A DNA stretch of 64,000 nucleotides from a virus (Duplodnaviria > Caudoviricetes): positions 9,691 to 73,690 of IMG/VR virus record IMGVR_UViG_3300026158_000083; one strand, 5' to 3'. The notes beneath the pieces are model-generated. The model saw only the letters and a list, made by a program, of their open reading frames with translations, was not told the origin of the DNA and made no database searches. Every line of letters starts with the position of its first letter. Position 1 is the first letter of the stretch. Made by a program: the position numbers and the translations under genes. This document shows positions 9,832-19,559 of the stretch, piece after piece.

Positions 9832-10403
9832 TGATCGATTCGCCGTGGGATAGACCGAATGTAGCCAATGAAATCGATGCGTATTGGGCCTGTCAGGATG
9901 AAACTGCCGCGCGCAAAGTTGTCGTGGCAGATTTGAAGCCGCATTTGCATGATGGCGATATTATGGATATCGGTTGTGGTAGCGGGCGCATTTATGAGAC
10001 GTTGCGCGACTTTGACATCATCAAAGAGCATCGCTATCGTGGTTATGATAGTTCACGCGAGATGATTGCCATTGCTAAAGGTCGCTACAAGCGCGTCAAG
10101 TTTGAATATGCTGATCTTATGGATATCGATCAACCAGCAGCCAACGTAATTTGTATCAATGTTTTGCAGCATATCGATGATTGGCAGACGACTACCAGCA
10201 AGATGTTGGGACTAGCCGAAAAGATGCTCTATGTCGTCGCGTGGTTTGGCAGCACGGCTAGTCGCAAATACGATAGCGGTACGGGTTTCTGGAATAACTG
10301 GCTGGATCATCAGAAATTCGTAGATTTTTGTCAGCCACACGGTATAGTTATCAGCCGTATGAATCTATGGGGTACGGTGGGTTCTGTAACAGTCTACAAG
10401 TGA
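9831..10403 (+). CDS. Class I SAM-dependent methyltransferase
   Basis: MDIGCGSGR motif I, YRGYDSS motif II, VLQHI. Confidence 0.88.
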   Translation: MIDSPWDRPNVANEIDAYWACQDETAARKVVVADLKPHLHDGDIMDIGCGSGRIYETLRDFDIIKEHRYRGYDSSREMIAIAKGRYKRVKFEYADLMDIDQPAANVICINVLQHIDDWQTTTSKMLGLAEKMLYVVAWFGSTASRKYDSGTGFWNNWLDHQKFVDFCQPHGIVISRMNLWGTVGSVTVYK

Positions 10404-10409
10404 GTTGCA

Positions 10410-10991
10410 ATGGATAAACCAGCATTTGTATATTCAATTCAACCGAATCCAGATTACGGTTACATCGTAGATGGCGAACACATTTTTTTGCGACCTATGC
10501 AGCCTAATCTACGAGATGGTTATTACGTGACGCGCTGGCGCAATCACGATAGCGCGCGTGTGGCGTTTTGGAACACACAGATTGTCACGCCGGAAAGTCA
10601 TATCAACTGGTTGAATAAAAAATCACCTTATGATATGGTGTGGATGGGTTGTAAGCACGGCACGTCTAAACCGATTGGTATGGTTGGCCTAATAATTGAT
10701 CCGGCAACGCATAGCGGAGAAGCTGGCCGTTACTTTGTCGATCAAGATGAGCGCGGTAACGGTTTTGGCGTCGATCTTGATAAGCTGGTTATCGCGACGG
10801 CATTTCAGTTGTTCAACCTAAACGCGATTTGGCTGGACGCTTGGGCGGCTAACGAAACCGCCATGAACATGCACATCAAGAACGGTTGGCGTGTAGCCGG
10901 TTACGATATTGCCGGTCACACACGCGTCGATGGTAGCGTAGTACACATGATAATCACTGCTAACGACTGGCATGTATTGCATGCGCCGTGA
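10410..10991 (+). CDS. GNAT N-acetyltransferase, PseH/RimJ-like
   Basis: LRPM...TRWRNH...TPESHINWL, GNGFG acetyl-CoA loop, NETAMNMHIKNGW. Confidence 0.8.
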   Translation: MDKPAFVYSIQPNPDYGYIVDGEHIFLRPMQPNLRDGYYVTRWRNHDSARVAFWNTQIVTPESHINWLNKKSPYDMVWMGCKHGTSKPIGMVGLIIDPATHSGEAGRYFVDQDERGNGFGVDLDKLVIATAFQLFNLNAIWLDAWAANETAMNMHIKNGWRVAGYDIAGHTRVDGSVVHMIITANDWHVLHAP

Positions 10992-11004
10992 ATAGTGGTA
11001 TGAT
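10977..11004 (+). promoter_or_regulatory. Possible sigma70-type promoter ahead of the aminotransferase gene
   Basis: TTGCAT (10977-10982), 16-nt spacer, extended -10 TGgTATGAT (10996-11004). Confidence 0.35.
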
Positions 11005-11032
11005 ACTGTCATTCTAGCGAAAGGCTGGTTTC

Positions 11033-12100
11033 ATGATTCAGGTTCTGCAACCGGCATATACCGAATCTGACATTGCCGCAGTTAGCGAAGCCATGCGCAG
11101 TTGCTGGTGGGGTTTGGGTCCGCGCTGCGTTGAGCTTGAAAAACAGTTGACCGAACGCAGCGGTTATAAGTACGCCGTAACTGTTAATTCGGCAACATCT
11201 GCGCTACATCTGGCCTTGCTGGCTAACAATGTTGGACCCGGCGATGAAGTAATCGTTCCAGCTCTGACATTCATTTCAACAGCGCTTGCAGTTACGTACA
11301 CCGGCGCGACGCCTGTATTTGCAGATATCGATCCAACAACGCTGACGCTGGATTGGCGCGATGTGCGTTCAAAAATTACTTGGCGCACAAAAGCGGTCAT
11401 TCCGGTAGACTATGCCGGACAGCCTGCGTGGCCGAGCGCGCTGCCTGCTAACATCACAATTGTTGAAGATGCGGCGCACAATGTGCTTGGTTCGCATTAT
11501 GGCGATGCCGTTTGCTATTCATTCCATCCAGTCAAGCAACTGGCTACGGCTGATGGCGGCGCGATTCTTACCAACAATGCGCAACAGGCCGCTAGACTGC
11601 AAGCGCTGCGTTGGTGTGGTATAGATCGTTCAACGTGGCAGCGCAGCGGTAAACGCTATTCGTGGGATTATGATATTGCTGAAGTTGGTTATAAATACCA
11701 ATTCAATGATATACAAGCTGCATTAGCGCTTTCGCAGCTAACACGTTGGGATGAGATTGTTGCTAGACGCCGCGCGATGGTAGATTACTATTTCAAAGAA
11801 TTGCGCGGCATCGATGGTTTAGAATTACCAGCAGATAGTGCCGGCCATACCTGGCATCTGTTTGTCGTGCGCGTCGCGTCAGAAAAGCGCGACGACTTAC
11901 TGGACTATCTGGCCGCAAAAGGCATTGGCGCAGGCGTGCATTACAAACCATTGACGCACTATAAACCTTATCTGCAAGAGACGCCGCCGTTGACCGAAAA
12001 GGTTTGGCGCAGATTGGTTACGTTGCCGCTACATCTCAATCTTAGTGTCGAAGATCAGGCGCAGGTATGCACGGCTATCAAGGAATATTTGGCTAAGTGA
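11033..12100 (+). CDS. DegT/DnrJ/EryC1/StrS PLP-dependent sugar aminotransferase (PseC-like)
   Basis: VNSATSALHLAL, GDEVIVP, EDAAH, YSFHPVK (PLP lysine), DGG, GYKY, WHLFVV, VHY. Confidence 0.93.
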   Translation: MIQVLQPAYTESDIAAVSEAMRSCWWGLGPRCVELEKQLTERSGYKYAVTVNSATSALHLALLANNVGPGDEVIVPALTFISTALAVTYTGATPVFADIDPTTLTLDWRDVRSKITWRTKAVIPVDYAGQPAWPSALPANITIVEDAAHNVLGSHYGDAVCYSFHPVKQLATADGGAILTNNAQQAARLQALRWCGIDRSTWQRSGKRYSWDYDIAEVGYKYQFNDIQAALALSQLTRWDEIVARRRAMVDYYFKELRGIDGLELPADSAGHTWHLFVVRVASEKRDDLLDYLAAKGIGAGVHYKPLTHYKPYLQETPPLTEKVWRRLVTLPLHLNLSVEDQAQVCTAIKEYLAK

Positions 12101-12101
12101 T

Positions 12102-12557
12102 ATGGCAACACTAGCACAACTAGCACCACGCATTTTTCGTTTAGCTAATCGTCGTTACGGTAAGCCGTATATGACAGTAGTTAGACCAGTCGATGATTGG
12201 AATCTGCCGAACGACTTTGCTTATGATCCAGACGTAGATGCGGTGCGCAATTCTAACGGTACAGTGTTGCCTAATCCCGAAGATTATTGGACATCTGATG
12301 TTGTCTATATTGTGCCAACTAAAGCTGACTGGCGCGATGATGTAGCAGAACTCTTTAAGGTTGTCGCCGGTGGCATGCTAAACGAAGGTACATTGGAATT
12401 GTGGATTGCTCAGGGCGATATCAGTAAAGTAAGAGCCGCACATTCAGTTTTGCTGGATCGTCGATGGTATAATGTCGAAAATCAACAGGAAGCGCCATCA
12501 GGTTATCCTGGTACAGACGGCTTGTGGAGCCGGGTTAGATTGCGGGGTAGGTCATGA
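12102..12557 (+). CDS. Putative head-closure (stopper) protein
   Basis: Size, beta-rich C-terminus (SVLLDRRWYNV...RVRLR) and position before the terminator and tube genes. Confidence 0.5.
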   Translation: MATLAQLAPRIFRLANRRYGKPYMTVVRPVDDWNLPNDFAYDPDVDAVRNSNGTVLPNPEDYWTSDVVYIVPTKADWRDDVAELFKVVAGGMLNEGTLELWIAQGDISKVRAAHSVLLDRRWYNVENQQEAPSGYPGTDGLWSRVRLRGRS

Positions 12558-12949
12558 TACTGGAAGTTTTTGAAAGTATACTCGCGGCCTACAAGACTGA
12601 ATTATCTGTTACGACTAGCAAGGGCTATCCTAACTGGGCGCGGCCAGATTTGGTAACACCTTGCGCGGCGCTAGAGTTCGCCGGATTTCAGCCGTATAAA
12701 GATCGTATCGGCCAAACGCTCAGTACATCTAGCATTACATTTAGGGGCTGGCTTTTCGCGCGGGATGAGCCACAACTATGCGCAATGGTAGATGCATTGA
12801 TCGAATGGCACAGAACTGACGGCAGCGCGTTTGAAGCGGCAGCGCGACGCGTAGCCTGTATGCTGCAAGCTTTGGAACGCCATGATCCGTTGACTAGCAA
12901 TATCAACGAGACGCATGCCGTAACTTTCTTACTACAAGTAGTCTACTGA
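12554..12949 (+). CDS. Putative tail terminator
   Basis: 131 aa, directly upstream of the tail tube gene. Confidence 0.45.
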   Translation: MILEVFESILAAYKTELSVTTSKGYPNWARPDLVTPCAALEFAGFQPYKDRIGQTLSTSSITFRGWLFARDEPQLCAMVDALIEWHRTDGSAFEAAARRVACMLQALERHDPLTSNINETHAVTFLLQVVY

Positions 12950-12964
12950 GACTAAGAGGTAAAA

Positions 12965-13474
12965 ATGGCTCGTATCGCATTTAATGCCGATTTGGACCTG
13001 CGACAGCAATATCTGTCCATGCTTTATCATAAGATTCCTGGCGAAGCAGCTTGGACGCTTATCGATCAGGGCAAGGTCAGCACGCCGTCGTCTAAGGCTG
13101 ACGAAAAAACCTACAACCGCATCGGCGATGAAAATCAGGTCAAGGTCGCTGGTCAGATTACCACTGACGTGACGCTGCAAGTCTATGTCGATGATAATCT
13201 TGACGAAGTAGCCCGCATGCTTGGTTTCGTTCGTCCTGGTAGCGGTTGGTCGGGCAGTGAGGTTATCAAGCTCGATCCGACTAAGGTAAGCGATCTCAAG
13301 CTTGAGAGCTATAACGGTGTTACGGCGGGCAGCACGCTGCTGTACACCGAATACATCAATCAGTTCCGCCCGATGAACTTCTCGGTGCCTGAGGACGCTG
13401 ATGGCGACGTGCGTATCGCTGAACTTAGTGGTTCGTGCGCCAGCTACTACATCGTACCTGAGTCCGGAACGTAA
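12965..13474 (+). CDS. Tail tube (major tail) protein
   Basis: 169 aa, beta-strand pattern (TDVTLQVY...AELSGSC), strong GAGG SD, synteny with chaperone and tape measure genes. Confidence 0.65.
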   Translation: MARIAFNADLDLRQQYLSMLYHKIPGEAAWTLIDQGKVSTPSSKADEKTYNRIGDENQVKVAGQITTDVTLQVYVDDNLDEVARMLGFVRPGSGWSGSEVIKLDPTKVSDLKLESYNGVTAGSTLLYTEYINQFRPMNFSVPEDADGDVRIAELSGSCASYYIVPESGT

Positions 13475-13495
13475 GTTTGGCTGGTAAAAGCGGCA

Positions 13496-13517
13496 GGGGC
13501 GTTCGCAAGAACGCCCC
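13496..13517 (+). promoter_or_regulatory. GNRA-capped stem-loop after the tail tube gene
   Basis: GGGGCGTTC-GCAA-GAACGCCCC, 9-bp perfect stem, no U tract. Confidence 0.55.
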
Positions 13518-13536
13518 GGTGTCTGATAGGGGGAGT

Positions 13537-14088
13537 ATGGACAATAAAGTCACGCTGACCGATGCGGTCGGCAACGAAATGCTGTCGTTTGAGGTGGACG
13601 GCAAGCAATTCTATGTGCGCCAGCCGACGCCGGAAGAATATGACGACGCGATGGCGCTGCAATCCTTGGTGTATCGCAAGACGCTGGCCGCACCGCACAT
13701 CAAAGACGTTGCTGATGTGCCGTGTTCTGATGGCGAACGCGCCATATTTCAGGCTATGATTGATGACGCACAGCGCAGGTTCGATGAATCTGAGGATGAG
13801 GTCGCAAAGCAGAGTCTGGCACAGGAGCTGGCTCGTCTGCAAACCGAACTTGAAGGACGCACGCTGGCGGAGGAAACGGCTTCCGATACCGCAGCGCTAA
13901 AACGCGACCGTTGGCTATGTGCGCGCTTGCTGTGCGACGCTAACGGTAAATCGTTGTTCGACACTGCCAGCAAAGACTTTGAAAAACGTTGGAACAAATT
14001 GCCGGTACGCATCAAGAATGAGGTGCGACCGCTTATCTGGCGCGCATTGGCATTGGTGCGTGAAGCCCCTTTCTCGTTGGACCTCTAA
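13537..14088 (+). CDS. Tail assembly chaperone (gpG-like)
   Basis: Between tube and tape measure genes; GGGGAG SD before ATG 13537; slippery heptamer near the 3' end. Confidence 0.75.
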   Translation: MDNKVTLTDAVGNEMLSFEVDGKQFYVRQPTPEEYDDAMALQSLVYRKTLAAPHIKDVADVPCSDGERAIFQAMIDDAQRRFDESEDEVAKQSLAQELARLQTELEGRTLAEETASDTAALKRDRWLCARLLCDANGKSLFDTASKDFEKRWNKLPVRIKNEVRPLIWRALALVREAPFSLDL

Positions 14089-14324
14089 CGCGCGCACACA
14101 TCAGACTGGCCGAACGTTTTGGTCAGACGCCTTTTCGTGCTAGTTGGGCTGACATGAGTGCAGCTCAACTAGCCGTTATTTTAGCCGCACTACAAGACAG
14201 AGAGGTGGGCGAAGCTGATGCTAAGGCTAAGCCACTTAAGGAACAACCGCGCGTTTCGCGCAGTGTTATGCTAGAATTAGCAAAACGAACCAATCAAACA
14301 GTTGTTGACGCTAAGGCGGAATAA
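14067..14324 (+). CDS. -1 frameshift extension of the tail chaperone (gpGT-like)
   Basis: C CCT TTC at 14067-14073. The -1 frame is open for 85 codons (PFLVGPLTRAHIRLAERFGQTP...) to TAA 14322-14324, just before the tape measure ATG. Confidence 0.8.
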   Translation, partial: PFLVGPLTRAHIRLAERFGQTPFRASWADMSAAQLAVILAALQDREVGEADAKAKPLKEQPRVSRSVMLELAKRTNQTVVDAKAE

Positions 14325-14327
14325 CGC

Positions 14328-17300
14328 ATGGCAGTAGATCAATTACGCTTCGATATCATTATCGGGTCTAAAGACTTCGATACCACCAATGCGAAGGTCG
14401 CTAAAAGCATCACATTGATGGATGATCTTGGCAATGCTACGCAGTACGCCGTCAACAAGATGGCTGAGCTAGCGGCCAGGGATATCAAAGTCGATGTTAC
14501 GGGCAATGTTACACAAGCCTCATATAAGAAGCAGGTCGGCGATCAAGAACTAGCCGCCGCGCGTCTGCGTCAGCAAATTGAAAACGCAATTTTAGACCGT
14601 AAAGAGGTTGATCGCGCGGCAGCCGCAAAACAACAAGCTGCAAGTGACGTTAGCGGAAACAAATTTGCGGTTGAAACGGAGCGTAAGCAAGCCAGAGATT
14701 TGCGCAAAGAAGCCGCAGATTTGCGCGACCTGGCAAAAGTAGTTGCTGCCGAAAACGCCACTGAAAAAGATGCCGCTAAGCAAAAAATGGTTGATGGCGC
14801 TCTGCTATTAGCCAAGCAAAAAGAATCAGCGGCTATTCGATTAGAAACCTCAGCGAAAGAAAAAGCAGATAATCAAGCTTACCTCAACTCGCGTTCCGCT
14901 GCATTGCGCGACGAACTTAGACTCAAACAGTCGGCTCAGCAGAGGTCCACAGAACAGGTGGCCGCTGCGCAAAGGGAACTTGCGCAGAATATAGCTATAA
15001 CTTCAGAGGTAAAGCGACAGTTAGACCTAAAGCGACAATCATCCGGGCCAGATACTCTTATTAAAGATACAAAAAGAGGTGGTCTGTCGCCAGAGCTAAC
15101 GAACACGCAGGCTCTAAATGCCGAGTTGTCTGATACAGCGCGTATCAACGCCATCGTAGAACAAGCCGAAGCTAAACGCGCGGCCTGGGCAAACAAGATC
15201 ACTACTGAGTATCGCGGCACTAATGCCGAAGCGCAAAAATTAGCTGATATCAGCGCCAGTCAAGGTGCTTCAGGTACAATCGACGTACCGGAAGGTCTTA
15301 CTGGCGGCACATATCAATCTGACTTGGCTAATTTCACGCGCGAATATGAGAAGACGGCTGGCAAGGCTGGTAATACTACTAAAAAGCTTGGCCGAGAAGT
15401 TAACGTGGCCGACGCAGAAATGCGCGACTTTTCCATTGGCCTGCGTTCTGCCGTCTCTATGCTTGGTCATCCATCACTAGAAGGTTCGCTGTATTTCTTC
15501 TCACAAATTGGTCGTAACCTAAAGGGTTGGCCGCTTGTATTGGGTCTCACTGGTTTTGCGCTTGGTGGTATCATTGCCGGTTTGACCAGTCTTATTGACG
15601 AAGGCGCTAAAATCGATGCTGTCAGTACGGCATTTGAAAATCTATCAAAGAATATCGGCACAGTTGGCACGGAACTTGCTAAACAGGTAAAGGGCGCGGC
15701 GGGCGATGCAATAACGCTTGGCGAAAGCATGACGCAGCTGAATCGTGCCTATATGGCCGGTGGTGCAAGCTTTGCCAATGAATTGCCACGTCTGATGGAG
15801 ATTGCGCGCAGCAGCGCGTTGGCTACCGGCAAAGATATCAACTACGTTTTCAACTCGCTAGTTACTGGTATTGCCCGCGGTTCGCCACGTCTCATTGATA
15901 ATGCCGACATCTATCTAAAACTTGGTGATGCAGCCGGTGAATATGCCAAACAAACTGGCAAAGCCATCACGCAGCTAACTGCTGAAGATAAAATTATGGC
16001 TACCTTGCTGGCTGTTTTGAAGCAGGGCGAAAAGTCCATACGCGATATTGGCCTAAGCGGAAAGACATCGGCTGAAGACCTACAAAGCTTTTCGTCCGCC
16101 CTTAAAGACCTAAAGGCCGGTGCTGGAAAAATTCTTATTGAGATAGGAATTACGAAAGCGGTAGGCGAAACTGGCGATGTGCTAAGTCAAGCCGCGGATC
16201 GTTTGGCTCTTATTTCGCAATTCAAAAAAGACCTTGAAATGATTAAGTTGTTCGGTGAAGGCATGCAAGCCACCGAACTTTCTGGACGAGCAGCAGCAGC
16301 CGAATTAAACGCACTAAAGGCTTATCTGCTAGATGATGTTGAAGGCAGTCAGGAACTATATCAAATAGTTCTTGAAATTATGGCTGCCGCTGCTAAATTT
16401 AGATCAGAGCTAGAGGGTCAAGAACAAACCGACGTTGGTTGGGCAGAGCAAAGGACTAAAGATACTAAAGCGCTTGCTGCGTCTACCGATGAAGCCGCAA
16501 AGCGCATGGAAGAATTCAATACAGCCTTCAACGATGCCGCCGAAATGGATACGCCATTCAAGGAGATGGCTAAGGGTCTTGGTGATCTTGTCAAAAATAT
16601 GACCGCCGCACTTTCGGGACTGAGAATACCTGAAATGAAGGGCGGCATAATGGAGATCGATACTGGCAGTTTAGAAAGCTGGCTACTATACACGCGCGAC
16701 ATCATCGGCGTTGAATCTGACGCCTATATCGCCATAGCCAATCTAACCAATCAGATTCGCGAACAGCAAAAGGCCATTATTGCCAATGCATCTGCGTATG
16801 GCACCAATGAAGGTAAGATGCTGTCTTTCGCCCAAGCCGCTTTTGGTGTCGATGCAACTGCCAAGACCATCATTGAAAACTTCGACAGTCTAACGGTTGA
16901 GGCTAAACGTTTCGTAACTGAAATCGGTACACTGAGCTTTGCGCTAGATGAATTTTACGCGGCACGGCGCGAACCCATTAGTATCAAGGTCGTTTACGAT
17001 GAAGTTACTAAAGCACAGGACGCGCTAGATGATCTGGCGACCCAGATTTCACTTGCTGGTGGCAAATCAGATGCTGAGGCTTTTCGCGCGCGCGGCGTGG
17101 CCGTTATCACGGCCTTTGAACAAGGCTTGCGTGAACTTGGCGAAATCGATCCGATAACATTCCAGATACTGCTTGGCAACGCTTTGGCCGGTATTACTGC
17201 TGAGGGCGAACAGCTGCGCGAGCGCTATGAGGGTATCAAGGAAATCGGTGATCAGATCAATAATCTGATTCGCGATTCTAAATTGCCGAAACTGCCAGAC

Positions 17301-19559
17301 ATCGGTGAACTCACGCTGATGGTAGACACGTATGGACTAAATCAGTACATTACGCGTCTGCAAGAACTTGGGCTAATAGAGGCCAGTGCTGCCGCTAGTA
17401 CCAGATCATTCATTTTTGAACTGGCAAATGAACGGCGAGCGCTAATGGACAGCGCCGCGGCGATTGCCGATCCTGCCGAACGTCTCCGCTTCCTAATTAC
17501 GCAGCTATTCGGCGCTGATGCTGGTCTGCAAGAATTTGCCGATGGACTGAAAGACATTCCGGCAGACATCAGACCTGCTGTTTTGGCGCTTGGCGATTTG
17601 AGCGCGGCAATTGCATTTCTAAATGCGCAGAAGCTTGCGCCAGTAACGCTAGATGTTGAAATTGGCGCGCTTATTTCTGGTCGCGAGGCTATCGAAAGCG
17701 CGACCGAAGCATTTACAGATTACATGGAGCCAACGAAGGTTCTGAATCTGCGTCGCAACACGATTGCCGCTTACGAAGCCGATTTGAAAGCGCTTGGCAA
17801 ACGGCAGACCACAATGTCTGTCGAGCAATACAATCTGGAAGTTCGCGCTTTACAGGGCAAATACACCACCATGCTCAATGACGCGCAAAGTTATTACGAT
17901 TCGCTGGATAGCCGATCTAAGGAATCGGCATCTGCGCGCACAAAAGATGCTGGTGCAATAAAAAGCGCGATTGAAGCAGCCATGAAGACCGGCCTTGAAG
18001 TTACTGAGGCCGACATGCTGGCTACGAAAGCTGGCACGTATGAAGACACAACAATGGAGTCTGCGCGCCGCCTAAATGCTATCGCTGAGCGTGGTTTTTC
18101 TGAACTAAAGGCGCATCCTGATTGGGCCGCTGCGCTACAAATTCCGCCAGATGTTTTGGGCGGAACTGAGGACGCACTAAAAGCGTGGGCTGCAAAGACA
18201 TCGCAGGACGTGCAGGATTTAGCAGCCGATCCTAGCATGTATAATTGGGAAGCATTTGTTAAAAACTATAAAGAAGGCATAGACAAAGAAGCCAAAAAGG
18301 AGATTATTCTTGACATCGCGCTTGGCAAGCTAAAAGCAGCCGGTCTTATGGAAGGTAAGACCGATGCTGAAGCGCGCAAAGAAATTCTAAAAATGTGGGG
18401 CCTTGATGAACCAGAAGTTACATTCAAGACTGAGTTTCCTGAGGCCACTACCAGCGACAAAGCCTTGAGCGCGTTTTTCAAACAGATGCGCGATGGCGAA
18501 CCGATTAATAGCGAAATTCTGGTAAGCGTCAAATCGACAGAGGGCGCAGGAAGAATCGTTGACACAGAACAGACGCCAACGGAAAAACTAGAAAGTTCTA
18601 AACCGCTTACTAGCACAAAAGCAATACAGACCGGTGTGGCGACTGGACAAATGGCACCAACTGCGGAGATGATAGCTAATTGGAATGCGCAGCTTGCCAC
18701 GTTGTCCGGTGCTAATCCGGCGCAAGTAGCCACAATGCTGGCGCAGCCAGAAGCTGAAAAAGTATCTGTTTGGCGCGAACAACTCAATACGCTGATATCG
18801 GGTGATAATGCTGCTAAAGTCGTCACGACGCTGCTTATACCAAGTGAAGATAATCAAAAAAGTTTTCGCGATCAAATTAGCAGCGAATTCATCAATGATC
18901 CAATAACTGCTAACACCGCACTCGGTTTTCGCATGGAACAATTAGACGAATATCGCGGCGGTGCAGAGGCCGTGTTTATAGAACAACCTGTTACCGTAGA
19001 TACAGCGCTTGGCGGCACGCTGGAAAGCATAGTGCTATTTCGCGATGGCGTAGAAAACTTATTCAAACTAGACCCTTTACAGATAGAAACTATTTTAGTC
19101 GGTCCAGACGGTTTGCCGCTTGGACCGTTACCTGAAAAGCCTGAACAGCCAGGATATCTAAGTAAACCAGAACAGCAAGCTAGTTATAAACCAACTGGCA
19201 AAGTTCCAGGTATGGCCTCGTTGATACCGGAAGATTATGCTAAAAGTTTGACGGAGACTATTGATTTGACGGGTCCAGGAGCAGACATTGCTTCGACGCT
19301 GTACACATCGATAATCGAATCCGTAAAGCAGCAGGAACCTGGATTTATTATCGCCAACTTTTACGCCAGCGATTTTCAGGCCAGCAAGCCAATTTGGCAA
19401 GCCATAGGAAAATCGGCTGGTGAAGATATAGCGACTGCAATGGTGACGGCAATTGAAAAAAATGTAGGCGTTGTACGCAAAAGAATCGCTGAAATGATCG
19501 CGCCAGAAGTGGCAACCATTCTTGCTATGTCTAGTAAAGGCGGAGGTGCGTTACCGTGA
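14328..19559 (+). CDS. Tape measure protein
   Basis: 1743 aa, helical and Ala-rich, with a core segment IARSSALATGKDINYVFNSLVTGIARGSPRLIDN; follows the frameshifted chaperone. Confidence 0.88.
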   Translation: MAVDQLRFDIIIGSKDFDTTNAKVAKSITLMDDLGNATQYAVNKMAELAARDIKVDVTGNVTQASYKKQVGDQELAAARLRQQIENAILDRKEVDRAAAAKQQAASDVSGNKFAVETERKQARDLRKEAADLRDLAKVVAAENATEKDAAKQKMVDGALLLAKQKESAAIRLETSAKEKADNQAYLNSRSAALRDELRLKQSAQQRSTEQVAAAQRELAQNIAITSEVKRQLDLKRQSSGPDTLIKDTKRGGLSPELTNTQALNAELSDTARINAIVEQAEAKRAAWANKITTEYRGTNAEAQKLADISASQGASGTIDVPEGLTGGTYQSDLANFTREYEKTAGKAGNTTKKLGREVNVADAEMRDFSIGLRSAVSMLGHPSLEGSLYFFSQIGRNLKGWPLVLGLTGFALGGIIAGLTSLIDEGAKIDAVSTAFENLSKNIGTVGTELAKQVKGAAGDAITLGESMTQLNRAYMAGGASFANELPRLMEIARSSALATGKDINYVFNSLVTGIARGSPRLIDNADIYLKLGDAAGEYAKQTGKAITQLTAEDKIMATLLAVLKQGEKSIRDIGLSGKTSAEDLQSFSSALKDLKAGAGKILIEIGITKAVGETGDVLSQAADRLALISQFKKDLEMIKLFGEGMQATELSGRAAAAELNALKAYLLDDVEGSQELYQIVLEIMAAAAKFRSELEGQEQTDVGWAEQRTKDTKALAASTDEAAKRMEEFNTAFNDAAEMDTPFKEMAKGLGDLVKNMTAALSGLRIPEMKGGIMEIDTGSLESWLLYTRDIIGVESDAYIAIANLTNQIREQQKAIIANASAYGTNEGKMLSFAQAAFGVDATAKTIIENFDSLTVEAKRFVTEIGTLSFALDEFYAARREPISIKVVYDEVTKAQDALDDLATQISLAGGKSDAEAFRARGVAVITAFEQGLRELGEIDPITFQILLGNALAGITAEGEQLRERYEGIKEIGDQINNLIRDSKLPKLPDIGELTLMVDTYGLNQYITRLQELGLIEASAAASTRSFIFELANERRALMDSAAAIADPAERLRFLITQLFGADAGLQEFADGLKDIPADIRPAVLALGDLSAAIAFLNAQKLAPVTLDVEIGALISGREAIESATEAFTDYMEPTKVLNLRRNTIAAYEADLKALGKRQTTMSVEQYNLEVRALQGKYTTMLNDAQSYYDSLDSRSKESASARTKDAGAIKSAIEAAMKTGLEVTEADMLATKAGTYEDTTMESARRLNAIAERGFSELKAHPDWAAALQIPPDVLGGTEDALKAWAAKTSQDVQDLAADPSMYNWEAFVKNYKEGIDKEAKKEIILDIALGKLKAAGLMEGKTDAEARKEILKMWGLDEPEVTFKTEFPEATTSDKALSAFFKQMRDGEPINSEILVSVKSTEGAGRIVDTEQTPTEKLESSKPLTSTKAIQTGVATGQMAPTAEMIANWNAQLATLSGANPAQVATMLAQPEAEKVSVWREQLNTLISGDNAAKVVTTLLIPSEDNQKSFRDQISSEFINDPITANTALGFRMEQLDEYRGGAEAVFIEQPVTVDTALGGTLESIVLFRDGVENLFKLDPLQIETILVGPDGLPLGPLPEKPEQPGYLSKPEQQASYKPTGKVPGMASLIPEDYAKSLTETIDLTGPGADIASTLYTSIIESVKQQEPGFIIANFYASDFQASKPIWQAIGKSAGEDIATAMVTAIEKNVGVVRKRIAEMIAPEVATILAMSSKGGGALP

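Noticed and set aside
4464-12100. DNA hypermodification as the cassette's main role
   Set aside because: No hydroxymethylase, thymidylate-synthase homologue or nucleotide kinase was recognised, and the cassette lies in the late morphogenesis operon. Disfavoured, not excluded.
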